From assembly GCA_049969615.1 (NCBI GenBank), contig JBMFOM010000012.1, forward strand, positions 1 to 29,643: 29,643 nt of DNA, written 5' to 3'. This DNA comes from a candidate division WOR-3 bacterium. Its GTDB lineage: Bacteria > Hydrothermota > Hydrothermia > JBDRYB01. Shown in pieces: positions 1 through 9,059 of this stretch (positions within the stretch are counted from its first letter, which is position 1; each line of letters opens with the position of its first letter). A program made the translations under genes and the position numbers. Below the pieces are notes generated by a model that saw only the letters and a list, made by a program, of their open reading frames with translations, was not told the DNA's origin and searched no databases.

Positions 1-325
1 CCGTAATACCAACGGGCAAGGGAAGGGCAATACCAGTCTCTGCGGATGTCCTGACATCCAGGGACATAGGATGGACCCTGGTTCATAGCTACTAACCTCG
101 CCTTTCCCTCGGAGACCATAGCTTACTACCATTGGTATAGCCATAGACCCGGTTGTATCCTTTATCCTGCCCAGCCTCAGAGGCTATGAGAACAGGTATA
201 GCGTCTTCACCGAGGCCTTGCTCTGCCTTGACCGATTGCGAGGAGAATACGCTAAGCTCTTGTGCCCCAAGAATTTACAGGCTATCCTAAATCAGACCTT
301 ACCTCTGGGAGGTGGGAATATGTGA
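1..325 (+). pseudogene. Possible degenerate IS4-like transposase remnant (C-terminal part)
   Basis: Broken frames: one reads ...DGPWFIATNLAFPSETIAYY (PW-x-x-x-TNL resembles an IS4-family DDE motif); another reads ...RYSVFTEALLCLDRL...NM* ending at 325. Multiple stops and frameshifts. Confidence 0.3.
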
Positions 326-372
326 GAGCTCGGAATGCAATGATTTCCCTGCCAGCTTTATCTTATGAGCCT

Positions 373-1098
373 ATGAATTGGCAAGAACTATCAACCCATG
401 AACATAGCAGAAGGCGCTTTGAAGCCGCACTTCTTCCTGTTGGCACGCTTGAGGCTCACGATGGCGGGCCGGTCGGTACTGATAACTTGATACCGGATGC
501 CCTGTGCGACAGACTCTCGGAAAAGCTCAGTATTCCGAAACTGCCCCTGATGCCCTACGGCGTAACCAATTCACTGCTGGTATATCCGGGGAGCTGCTCC
601 CTGACCGATGAGGTACTTGAGGGTTTTATCTACGAGCTGGGAAAAACGTTGGCGAGGAACGGACTAAAATACCTGTTCGTGGTCAACGGACACGGCGGTA
701 ACACCGAACCCCTGAGAGCCGGAGCGCGCAGGCTTTTCAGGGACACGGGCCTTTTCGTCGCTATAATTGACTGGTGGGTTGAAACCCGAAAGGACGCGGA
801 GGAGATATTCGGCAAAGGGGGCATGGGCCACTCAGCCATAGATGAGATGGCCGCCCTGTTGGGGTTTTGTCCGGAGTTCAGGGATTCGATGCCGGGCGCT
901 GAGGTTCCGGCGCATTATTACTGGCAAGGTGTAAGGGTCTATCCTGTTCCCAGGCCGGTTATAGTCTATGAAAACCCGGATGAAAGGGTTGATTTCTCAA
1001 GGCTTACGCCGGAGAAGTGCGCGGGGTTCGCCGATCGTATAACCGATGTAATGGAAAGGATGATCCTTGGCATCCTTGAGGGGTGGAGGGAGATATGA
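373..1098 (+). CDS. Creatininase / amidohydrolase family protein
   Basis: MNWQEL start; motifs LPVGTLEAHDG, GTD, VNGHGGN, GHSAIDE. Start moved from 262 to ATG 373. Confidence 0.85.
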   Translation: MNWQELSTHEHSRRRFEAALLPVGTLEAHDGGPVGTDNLIPDALCDRLSEKLSIPKLPLMPYGVTNSLLVYPGSCSLTDEVLEGFIYELGKTLARNGLKYLFVVNGHGGNTEPLRAGARRLFRDTGLFVAIIDWWVETRKDAEEIFGKGGMGHSAIDEMAALLGFCPEFRDSMPGAEVPAHYYWQGVRVYPVPRPVIVYENPDERVDFSRLTPEKCAGFADRITDVMERMILGILEGWREI

Positions 1099-2210
1099 GG
1101 GTTGAGTTCTTCAGGCATTCCCTTGGAGACGAGGAGAAGCGCGCTCTCATTGAGGCGCTTGACAGCGTCTTCCTGACCACTGGCCCCGCGAACGCGGAGT
1201 TTGAGAGGCTTTTCTCGGAATATCTCGGCGTCCCTTATGCCATAACGGTCAACTCCTGCACGGGCGCGCTCCACATTGCCCTGCTTGCTCTGGGCCTGAA
1301 ACCGGGCGATGAGGTCATAACGACCCCGATGAGCTTTATCGCCACATCAAACGCGGTCATTCACGCTGGCGGGATTCCTCGTTTCGTTGATGTTGAACCG
1401 GACACAGGCCTGATTGATCCCGACCTCATAGAATCCGCTATAACTCCAAGGACAAGAGGCATAATCCCAGTTCATTTATATGGCCAGATGGCCGACATGA
1501 AGGCCATAAGGGATATAGCGGACAGACATGGCCTCTTTGTCCTTGAGGACTCAGCGCACGCTATTGAGGCGGAAAGGGACGGGATAAAGCCAGGCCAAAA
1601 GGGGGACATGGCCGCGTTCAGCTTTTACGCGACAAAGGTCATAACCTGCGGAGAGGGCGGAGCCATAACCGCGCACACGCCAGAGCACGATGACCTTCTC
1701 CGAAAGCTCAGGCTCCACGGAATGAGCGCGGGTGCGGCGGACAGATATTCAGGGCTTTACAGACACTGGGATATGGATCTTCTTGGCTGGAAATACAACA
1801 TGACCAACTTCCAGGCCGCGATGCTCATTCCACAACTACCCAAGATGGAGGACTGGTGCGCGAGGCGGGAGGAGATATGTCTCAGATACGAGCAGGTGTT
1901 TTCTGCGGCCGGGATAGGTTTCCCAAAAGTGGTTCCGGGTTCAAAGTCATCCCGGCACCTTTTTACCATATGGGTTGCCGAGCGCGACCGGGTCCTTGCG
2001 GAGCTGGGAAAGCGCGGAGTCGGAGTAGCTGTTAATTACAGGGCAATTCACCTGAGGAAATACTATGTGGAGCGCTTTGGCTACAAACCCGGAACCTTTC
2101 CCATAGCTGAGAGGATAGGGGATATGACAATAAGTCTTCCGCTTTATCCGGGCCTCAGGGACGAGGAGGTTGATTATGTGATTGATTGTGTGAAGGAGGT
2201 GGTGGGATGA
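1095..2210 (+). CDS. DegT/DnrJ/EryC1/StrS family PLP-dependent sugar aminotransferase
   Basis: NSCTGALH, PVHLYG, EDSAHA, FSFYATKVITCGEGG, SLPLYP; ATGA overlap with upstream stop, GGAGG SD. Confidence 0.93.
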   Translation: MRVEFFRHSLGDEEKRALIEALDSVFLTTGPANAEFERLFSEYLGVPYAITVNSCTGALHIALLALGLKPGDEVITTPMSFIATSNAVIHAGGIPRFVDVEPDTGLIDPDLIESAITPRTRGIIPVHLYGQMADMKAIRDIADRHGLFVLEDSAHAIEAERDGIKPGQKGDMAAFSFYATKVITCGEGGAITAHTPEHDDLLRKLRLHGMSAGAADRYSGLYRHWDMDLLGWKYNMTNFQAAMLIPQLPKMEDWCARREEICLRYEQVFSAAGIGFPKVVPGSKSSRHLFTIWVAERDRVLAELGKRGVGVAVNYRAIHLRKYYVERFGYKPGTFPIAERIGDMTISLPLYPGLRDEEVDYVIDCVKEVVG

Positions 2211-2329
2211 TCCTTTGAAAACCGGGGCGCAAACCCCGTGCACTTTTGCCCGTGAGTGATGGCGGGCTTACCGTAACAACAAGTCTATGACTCAACCCTG
2301 ACACCAAAACCCTCATTTTAACTCAACTC

Positions 2330-2421
2330 TCGCAACAATGGCATTTACTCAGGGTTCTCTTCCGGCTATGATGAAGCTCCCGGACGAGATGAGGGGCGAA
2401 CCGGGATTTTTCGGGGATTTC
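2330..2421 (-). mobile_element. Partial MITE family 1 copy
   Basis: cgcaacaatggcatttactcagggttctcttc...ccgggatttttcgggg matches the copy at 12779-12853. Confidence 0.75.
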
Positions 2422-3692
2422 TATTCATATCTAAGGGCTTCTATCGGATCAAGGCAGGATGCCTTGTATGCCGGATATATCCCGAAGAAAAGTCCGACCC
2501 CGGCCGCAAACGCAAGGCCAAGCAATATGCTCCAGAGAGGTGCTGATGAAGGCAAGGGGGTCAGGATGTCAACCAGCTTGCCGAGACCGAGACCCAAAAG
2601 TATGCCTATTATTCCGCCGGTAAGCGTTAGGGTAACGGATTCAAAGAGGAACTGTAGGAGGATGTTCCACCTTGTTGCGCCTATAGCCATCCTTATGCCT
2701 ATCTCCTTGGTTCGCTCCGTGACCGAAACAAGCATTATGTTCATTATGCCTATTCCGCCAACCAATAAGGCGAGGGAGGCTATGCCGATCATAGCGAGGA
2801 ATATGCCCATGGTGAACTGTTTGTATATGTCAACCAGCATCTTCTGGCTGTTTATCTCAAAGTTGTCGGGTTGATCAAACCTGATCCCTCTCCTCATGCG
2901 CATCTCATCCCTGACCATTTCGCTGGCTTCTTCTATTGTCCAGCCCTCTTTTACCTGAGCGGCAATGTATGGTGAACCGTAGAGCTGGCGCCAAGGGCCG
3001 CGCGCGGGAAGTTCAAAGTATCTCTGCGCGGTTGTCATTGGCATTACCACGAAATCGTCCATGTCATTGCCGAGCATCTTTCCCTTCTCACCGAGAACAC
3101 CAATTACCATGAATGTTTTTCCTGCTATCTGAATCTCCTTTTCAAGCGGATCCTCATCACCGAAAAGCTTTTCCGCCGGTGTTTTGCCCAGGATGACAAC
3201 CTGGCGGCGATAATTTATGTCGTCGCTGGTAAAGTTCCTGCCCTGTTCTATCTGGTATCCCAGGAGCGGAATACCATATTCGTCAACCCCGTTTATGCTT
3301 CTTACGTCATGGCTCTTGGTCTTGTAGGTGAGCTTGAAACTCTCCCCGAATGACAAGAATTTTTGCAGGACCCCAACGGATTTGAGGCAGGGCAATTCGC
3401 GAAGGGCCTCCGCGTCCTCAGGGGTAAGGTTCGGCCTTTTTGAAAGCTCGCGAACCTCCTCCCTGGACGGCCCCCCTATGTTGACATCCCACTTGAACTT
3501 CTGGACATATAAGGTGGTTGAACCAACTGAACCGAGGACATTATAGACAAATCCGTTTATCCCCTCTATTATGGACACCATAGCTATCACAGTGGTCACG
3601 CCAATTATGACGCCCAGTGTGGTCAGGAACGAGCGCATCTTATTGGCAATCAGACCGCCCAAGGCAGTCTTAAACAGGGTCAGGATGTCCAT
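2421..3692 (-). CDS. ABC transporter permease, MacB/FtsX family
   Basis: RSFLTTLGVIIGV, GGIGIMNIMLVSVTERTKEIGIRMAIGA, DPIEALRYE. Confidence 0.93.
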   Translation of the reverse strand: MDILTLFKTALGGLIANKMRSFLTTLGVIIGVTTVIAMVSIIEGINGFVYNVLGSVGSTTLYVQKFKWDVNIGGPSREEVRELSKRPNLTPEDAEALRELPCLKSVGVLQKFLSFGESFKLTYKTKSHDVRSINGVDEYGIPLLGYQIEQGRNFTSDDINYRRQVVILGKTPAEKLFGDEDPLEKEIQIAGKTFMVIGVLGEKGKMLGNDMDDFVVMPMTTAQRYFELPARGPWRQLYGSPYIAAQVKEGWTIEEASEMVRDEMRMRRGIRFDQPDNFEINSQKMLVDIYKQFTMGIFLAMIGIASLALLVGGIGIMNIMLVSVTERTKEIGIRMAIGATRWNILLQFLFESVTLTLTGGIIGILLGLGLGKLVDILTPLPSSAPLWSILLGLAFAAGVGLFFGIYPAYKASCLDPIEALRYE

Positions 3693-3702
3693 ATTTCTAT
3701 AA

Positions 3703-3731
3703 ATTATAACTCACTACTCGCACAGGATCAA
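3703..3731 (-). promoter_or_regulatory. sigma70-type promoter TTGATC-N17-TATAAT (repeat family 2 terminus)
   Basis: Minus strand ttgatc ctgtgcgagtagtgagt tataat, 10 nt before the ATG at 3692. Confidence 0.7.
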
Positions 3732-3759
3732 GCATTTGCGAGAACTCATAATTAAAGCT

Positions 3760-3890
3760 GAAACCCCTGAAAAATCCCGCAACGAGGGACAAACCGGGAT
3801 TTTTCAGGGGGTCCCCATTAAACCCTGTCTTCTTGGACAAAGTACTCCTGGCTCAAACCGGTAAGTTATTACTCCTTTATCAGAGGTCCC
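3760..3890 (+). mobile_element. MITE family 1, short copy with possible AGCT target-site duplication
   Basis: Ends GAAACCCCTGAAAAA / TTTATCAGAGGTCCC; AGCT at 3756-3759 and 3891-3894; internal 16-bp inverted repeat at 3764-3779 and 3795-3810. Confidence 0.8.
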
Positions 3891-3920
3891 AGCTTTGTAT
3901 TTTGAGCTTAGCTATCCTTT

Positions 3921-4358
3921 TTATTTGACCTCTATCTCTATCTCGCGAGGTTTTGCCCTTTCGGACTTAGGCAGTTCCACGGTGAGGATGCCGTTCTCGT
4001 ATTTCGCTTTGGCCTTCTGCGGGTCTATCTCATTTGGAAGGGTGATGGTCCTCTGGAATTTTCCGCAGAATATCTCCGCCCTGTGAACGGTCGCGGATTC
4101 ATCCTTCTTCTCCCATCTGCGCTCGCCCGAAAGGGAAAGAGTCCTCTCGGTGAGAGAGAGGTTTATGTCCTTCTTGTCCATCCCGGGGAGCTCGGCCCTG
4201 AGAATGTAGGCATCCTTTGTCTCCTCAAGGTTTATCATGGGAGACCAGACTGCCTCCTCGGTCCAGGGCCTCATCCACCTGTCCTCAAAGAGCCTGTTTA
4301 GCCTCTCCGAAAGCTCTGCCATCTCTCTGAACGGGTCCCATCTCGCTATCTCACGCAT
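3921..4358 (-). CDS. Hsp20 / alpha-crystallin small heat-shock protein
   Basis: WDPFRE, AELPG, GKFQRTITLP, AKYENGILTVELPK; AAGGAGGTGA SD. Confidence 0.95.
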   Translation of the reverse strand: MREIARWDPFREMAELSERLNRLFEDRWMRPWTEEAVWSPMINLEETKDAYILRAELPGMDKKDINLSLTERTLSLSGERRWEKKDESATVHRAEIFCGKFQRTITLPNEIDPQKAKAKYENGILTVELPKSERAKPREIEIEVK

Positions 4359-4399
4359 GATTTCACCTCCTTTTGGTGGGTTTCTTCGTAAGGGTATAA

Positions 4400-4428
4400 T
4401 ATATACGGGTTTTTGCTTGGACTGTCAA
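4400..4428 (-). promoter_or_regulatory. sigma70-type promoter of hsp20 (TTGACA-N17-TATATA)
   Basis: Minus strand ttgaca gtccaagcaaaaacccg tatata. Confidence 0.65.
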
Positions 4429-4499
4429 GGCCCCCCTGGCCGGCATTCTACCGAGCACAGGGAAATTATCGGGATTGCATCAGATTGGGTGTTCTCCTT

Positions 4500-5630
4500 A
4501 TGCTTTTAGACATGTTCAGACCGATAACCGCGTTCGTACTACTCGGGCCCCAACCTACCCAGGCACAGGCCGACTCCGCGCTAAAACTAGCCAGCTCTCT
4601 GCCCGTTGAGATCAAGGCTGGGCAGATATTGTTCTCGTTTCCGCCTCACCCCACATATGCCGCCAAATACTGGGTTGGTGGTGTGGTTATGAACAACAAG
4701 CACCACATAAAGTCAACCGAATATACCATAAAACTGACCTCGGATTTCATTGACGCGATGGAGATACCGCCCTTGCTGTCATGCGACCAGGAGTGTGGAA
4801 AGGTCAACCGGCTTAGGAACATTCCAGGCTACGAGACAACGCCCTCACCCGTTGAAATGGGCAAGTGGCCGAAGGATTCAGTTTATAGGTTCACCCTCAA
4901 ACTCGGCAAGGATATGCGCGCGCTCGGCTTGAACACAAACCTCGCGCCCTGCCTGGATGTCTCGGCCGGAGAAAACGCTCTCCAACGCAGGATGCTCAGA
5001 GTATTTTCTGGGAACCCTGATACGGTTGTAGAAAAAGGCGCTGAGTTTGCGAGGGGTTGCCAGGAAGGAGGTGTCCTGGTTATAGCGAAGCATTTCCCCG
5101 GATACGGTGAGGAGAAGTGGAATTCAGATGTTTCGCTAGTGAGATATAATGTTAGTGGGAAGCGATTTGCCGATGACCTCATGGTTTTTGCCCGCGTAGC
5201 TCCCTGGCTGGACGGAGTGATGATGTCAAGCCTCGTTTATCCTGATTATGATTCTGTCCCAGCGTGCCTCTCGCGCAGGATAGTGGGCTACGCGCACGCC
5301 ATCCTGCCTTGGGGAATAGTTATGACGGATGACCTTTGGGCCCCCGCCCTGCGTGAATTTATAAGAAAGGACTACGAGACCGAGTTCACGAAGGAGGATT
5401 TCGCCAAGATAACGAGGGCCGCTTTTGACGCCGGCAATGATATGCTCCTCATTCTGGATGACAGGCGCGTTCCAGAGATGATAGAGACGATAACCCAGAT
5501 GTGCAGGAAAGACAAGGCTAGGGAAGAGCAGTTGAACCTCTCGGTTGCGAGGATACTCATGGCAAAGGAAAGGCTTTACCCGGGCCTCATTGCCAGACTG
5601 TATGGCAAATATGTGGAGACAACCAAGTGA
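4500..5630 (+). CDS. Glycoside hydrolase family 3 N-terminal-domain protein (NagZ-like)
   Basis: DQECGKVNRL, NLAPCLDV, KHFPGYG, VMTDDL, AGNDMLL. Start uncertain (4500 or 4512). Confidence 0.85.
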   Translation: MLLDMFRPITAFVLLGPQPTQAQADSALKLASSLPVEIKAGQILFSFPPHPTYAAKYWVGGVVMNNKHHIKSTEYTIKLTSDFIDAMEIPPLLSCDQECGKVNRLRNIPGYETTPSPVEMGKWPKDSVYRFTLKLGKDMRALGLNTNLAPCLDVSAGENALQRRMLRVFSGNPDTVVEKGAEFARGCQEGGVLVIAKHFPGYGEEKWNSDVSLVRYNVSGKRFADDLMVFARVAPWLDGVMMSSLVYPDYDSVPACLSRRIVGYAHAILPWGIVMTDDLWAPALREFIRKDYETEFTKEDFAKITRAAFDAGNDMLLILDDRRVPEMIETITQMCRKDKAREEQLNLSVARILMAKERLYPGLIARLYGKYVETTK

Positions 5631-7345
5631 TCCTTCTCCTCATGACCTTTGGTGGTTTTCATAGGGGTATGTGGGTGAGGGCTTCCTCGGCCGCTTCCCC
5701 GGATTCAATCCCTCAGATAATATCAATGGCCGAGGAACTGGGCATAACCGATATATATTACCAAGCTGTTGTTGGAGGATATGCCTACTATGATTCCAAA
5801 ATATTACCCAGGAGCCAGTATTTATCAAGGGTTTCTGGCTCCGAATATGATCCCCTAGATTCACTGACAAAGGAAGCCCACCTCAAGGGTATGAGGGTCC
5901 ACGCGTGGGTTAACTCACTCCTGATATGGTCGGGTGAGGAACCCCCGGAGTCAACATCCCATGTGTTTTATACTCATCCGGATTGGTCAGTTAGGGATGT
6001 CTTGGGCAGACCAGTATTCGCTTATTCTCCGAAGACTTGGGCGTTTTACGGCCTGGATGGAATTGCCATTGATCCGGCAGTTCCAGATGTCAGGGATTGG
6101 TTGGCCGCGACCTGTGTGGAAATAGCGGAGAATTATCCTGTTGATGGTGTTCACCTGGATTTCATAAGGTATCCTGGGACATGGTGGGGGCTTCCGGAAT
6201 GCGATGAATCAGCCATGTTCTCCCTTCTGGAGGCCGAGAACCTTCGCTGGATGGAACTGGTGCGCTACCCGAGGTTGCCCTTCCGGGAGCGCTGGATGTC
6301 CTGGCACTTTTGGCGTCTGAGTCGCGAGAGGGAAACTGCCGTGTATGAGGCAGTCAGGAGAGTCTCCGATACACTGAGAGCCTGTGTCAGGAATAAGCCA
6401 TGCCTTCTCAGCGCCGCGGTCTGGGCAAACCCAGGAGCGGCTGGTTACCGGGCCGCACAGACATGGTGGAGGTGGGGGGATATTGTGGATTATCTCATCG
6501 TCATGTCCTATACCAACGATACTGGCCTTTTCTCGGATTACTTGGATTTTGCCCTTTCGGTGAGGCCTGACGCGGTTTTTGGCATAGGGTTCCTCTGGCC
6601 ATCAATGGAGGCTGAGGCCAGATGGGAGGAGCAGGCCGTGAACTCAAGGCTTGGTGCGGGCGTTTCTTACTTTGATTACACGAGGCTCAGAAACGAGGTT
6701 GACAGGGATAAGCTCCTCGGCAAAACCGAAACCTCCAGGCCGAGCAAGGGAAAGACCGGCTCCGGTTCCATCGGGGGAACGTTTTCCGATGCGGCGCCGC
6801 AATCTTTCGTTAAAGAGGGAAGGGGTCTCCTGGTGAGCCGTGAGGACAGGGAATTCGCGGATTACCTTCTGTCATTGTCAACAGACCATATCCGCGACCT
6901 AGTCAGGATGGGTCTGACCCGCGATGGTTTTTACGCGAAGATTACCGAGGATGTCTCCGCGTTCAAGGCAATTGACATGAGGGTCTTCCCGGTTGGGGAT
7001 GAGCTATCCGAACCGCCGCGGAGGGAAATATCTTTCGCCTTTCTCGCCTACGGGGGGAATGACCCCGAGGCAGTAAAAGGACGGGCAAAGGAAACTAGGG
7101 GCTTGCCGAACGACACGACCGTGTATCCGCGGCTCCTTGATCCGTTGGCAAAAGGTGTTTTCTCCGCCAGGAAATCCAGGAGGGAAATATGCCCAGTTCC
7201 CGATGGCATTTATGTGTTTGAGGTTAAAGATGAAGCGAAACCCAGGAGTAGGGTGAGGAGGGAGAATGTTCCGGCAGATCTCCTGCCCCTCTATATTGGC
7301 TGGACTGTGAAAAAGCGAATGGAAGAGGTGTTGAAAACCCAATAA
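5627..7345 (+). CDS. Glycosyl hydrolase-like family 10 (GHL10, YddW/DigH-like) protein with C-terminal extension
   Basis: RGMWV, YDPL...EAHLKGMRVHAWVN, HPDW, YPVDGVHLDFIRYP; GTGA overlap with the GH3 gene. Confidence 0.8.
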   Translation: MILLLMTFGGFHRGMWVRASSAASPDSIPQIISMAEELGITDIYYQAVVGGYAYYDSKILPRSQYLSRVSGSEYDPLDSLTKEAHLKGMRVHAWVNSLLIWSGEEPPESTSHVFYTHPDWSVRDVLGRPVFAYSPKTWAFYGLDGIAIDPAVPDVRDWLAATCVEIAENYPVDGVHLDFIRYPGTWWGLPECDESAMFSLLEAENLRWMELVRYPRLPFRERWMSWHFWRLSRERETAVYEAVRRVSDTLRACVRNKPCLLSAAVWANPGAAGYRAAQTWWRWGDIVDYLIVMSYTNDTGLFSDYLDFALSVRPDAVFGIGFLWPSMEAEARWEEQAVNSRLGAGVSYFDYTRLRNEVDRDKLLGKTETSRPSKGKTGSGSIGGTFSDAAPQSFVKEGRGLLVSREDREFADYLLSLSTDHIRDLVRMGLTRDGFYAKITEDVSAFKAIDMRVFPVGDELSEPPRREISFAFLAYGGNDPEAVKGRAKETRGLPNDTTVYPRLLDPLAKGVFSARKSRREICPVPDGIYVFEVKDEAKPRSRVRRENVPADLLPLYIGWTVKKRMEEVLKTQ

Positions 7346-7357
7346 ACCTTGTCCAAG

Positions 7358-7396
7358 GACAGATTCCGACATTATGATCCAGATTTTGCGGCAGGC
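7358..7396 (-). repeat. Repeat family 2 fragment
   Basis: Reverse complement gcctgccgcaaaatctgg matches the 10068 region and the 20777-20793 region. Confidence 0.55.
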
Positions 7397-7442
7397 TTTA
7401 AGCTTTGAATTACCGATGGATCAGCCCACATAACATTGTTCA

Positions 7443-7473
7443 GAAACCCCTGAAAAATCCCGGCTTGTCCTTG
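7443..7473 (+). mobile_element. MITE family 1 left-end fragment
   Basis: gaaacccctgaaaaatcccggcttgtccttg is 30/31 identical to 9856-9886. Confidence 0.75.
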
Positions 7474-7485
7474 ATACGCGAATGT

Positions 7486-7514
7486 TTGATCCTGCGCGGG
7501 AAGTGGGTTATAAT
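7486..7514 (+). promoter_or_regulatory. sigma70-type promoter TTGATC-N17-TATAAT; probable leaderless start at GTG 7521
   Basis: ttgatc ctgcgcgggaagtgggt tataat ctcccc GTG; 7481-7514 is 31/34 identical to the promoter upstream of tRNA-Thr. Confidence 0.7.
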
Positions 7515-7520
7515 CTCCCC

Positions 7521-9059
7521 GTGAACAAAATAGGCGTCTTGATTGGCGAGACAAGGCCTCTGTCCGCCGTGATGGTTTCCAAGGTCGCACCCAGGGTTGG
7601 TCAATATGTCTTCGTTACCTACCGAGAGGGGAGACAGGATCAGAAGTGCCTGGCTTTGGTCCAGAGAGTATGGCGCGCGAACCCGTTCCTTGAGGAGGGT
7701 CTCACTGATCCGGAGCATGCCATTCGCATAATGGAGCTGGAGCAATGGGACTCCTTTTTCAAGGCCGAACTAAGCATAGTTGGCCAGGTTGATGCTGGAA
7801 AGCTCTCGTTCCCCAAATCTCCGCCCCTGCCGGGTGCAGATGTGTCCGAGGCGGACGAGGATGGCCTTAAGGAGGTTCTCGGTGCAGAGGACGAAACCAA
7901 GTGGGCGAGAATAGGAACGCTCATAGGCTCTGAGGCACCGGTCTACATGAACATCGATCAGGTGGTTCTCAGGCATCTGGCGGTCCTGGCGGTTACCGGT
8001 GGCGGAAAATCAAACGCAGTCGGCGTCATACTGGACGAAATGGTCAAGAGAAACGGTACTGCTGTGGTCATGGACCCCCACGGAGAATACGGATCAATGG
8101 GCCGAGAGATAAGGCCCGTAATAAACCCAATGAGGCTCAGCGTGGACGAACTCAGTGGCTTGCTGGGGGTGGACATGGACAGGTCAAGCATACAGTATTA
8201 CCTGCTCCACGAGGCCCGCAAGAAGATGGGGGAGGACCTGAGGAGGAGCAACCTTGGCGATGGGGATGATTTTGACAGGGCCATAGTTGCCAGGATGGAT
8301 TTCTTTGTCACATTGACCGAAACCATAGAATCCTTTACTGCTAGGGAACAAGAGGGCCTGATGAAAGACCTGGGCAAGAAACACGATTCTGTCGTGGGAC
8401 TTCTCATCCGAATTGAGAACCTGAAGAACAATATGGGGGAGCTTTTCAATCCCTCTGCCAGGCCGTTAGTGGAAAGGATAGAACCGGGCAAGATAAACGC
8501 GATTAATCTTTCTGAGCTCGATCAGGATGCCGGCGAGGTAGTTGTAAGCCACCTCCTAAGGCACATCCTCATTGAGAGAAAGAAGGCTTTAATGCATCAG
8601 GAGACCTGCCTGCCCCAACCTCTGTTCGTTGTCCTGGAGGAGGCCCACCTCTTCTGCCCCGACAGGCAATTCACCCGGACAAAGACAATAGCGTCCCGCA
8701 TAGCAAGGGAGGGCCGAAAGTTCGGTCTGGGCCTCTGTTTGGTTTCCCAGAGGCCGAAACGGCTTGACCCAGATGTTCTCTCTCAAATGAACAACATGAT
8801 AGTTTTGCGCATAGTTGAACCGGCTGATCAGCGCCACATTGCCGAGGCCTCGGAGAACATATCCGGCGACCTTTTGGGGTATCTCCCATCCCTGAACCCA
8901 GGTGAGGCGGTCTGCACGGGGCCAGCGTTCCGGGTCCCCCTTCTCGTGAAAATAGCAGAGGTAAAGAACAAGCCAACCGGAAGGGACATTCCCGTGACCG
9001 CTTCCTGGAAGAAACCAGAGAGACTAAGTCCGGAGGATGCACAGGAGCTATACGGATGA
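7521..9059 (+). CDS. HerA/FtsK-superfamily ATPase (HAS barrel plus DUF87)
   Basis: N-terminal HAS-like region, RHLAVLAVTGGGKS (Walker A), DPHGEY, VVLEEAH (Walker B), IAREGRKFG, SQRP. Confidence 0.9.
   Translation: MNKIGVLIGETRPLSAVMVSKVAPRVGQYVFVTYREGRQDQKCLALVQRVWRANPFLEEGLTDPEHAIRIMELEQWDSFFKAELSIVGQVDAGKLSFPKSPPLPGADVSEADEDGLKEVLGAEDETKWARIGTLIGSEAPVYMNIDQVVLRHLAVLAVTGGGKSNAVGVILDEMVKRNGTAVVMDPHGEYGSMGREIRPVINPMRLSVDELSGLLGVDMDRSSIQYYLLHEARKKMGEDLRRSNLGDGDDFDRAIVARMDFFVTLTETIESFTAREQEGLMKDLGKKHDSVVGLLIRIENLKNNMGELFNPSARPLVERIEPGKINAINLSELDQDAGEVVVSHLLRHILIERKKALMHQETCLPQPLFVVLEEAHLFCPDRQFTRTKTIASRIAREGRKFGLGLCLVSQRPKRLDPDVLSQMNNMIVLRIVEPADQRHIAEASENISGDLLGYLPSLNPGEAVCTGPAFRVPLLVKIAEVKNKPTGRDIPVTASWKKPERLSPEDAQELYG

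Noticed and set aside
262-372. Extended ORF-track starts (262, 4413, 7482, 23424, 23944, 26295, 26970)
   Set aside because: The extensions cover promoters, repeats or neighbouring genes; downstream starts fit family N-termini better.
4360-4440. CIRCE/HrcA operator upstream of hsp20
   Set aside because: No TTAGCACTC-N9-GAGTGCTAA-like sequence is seen.
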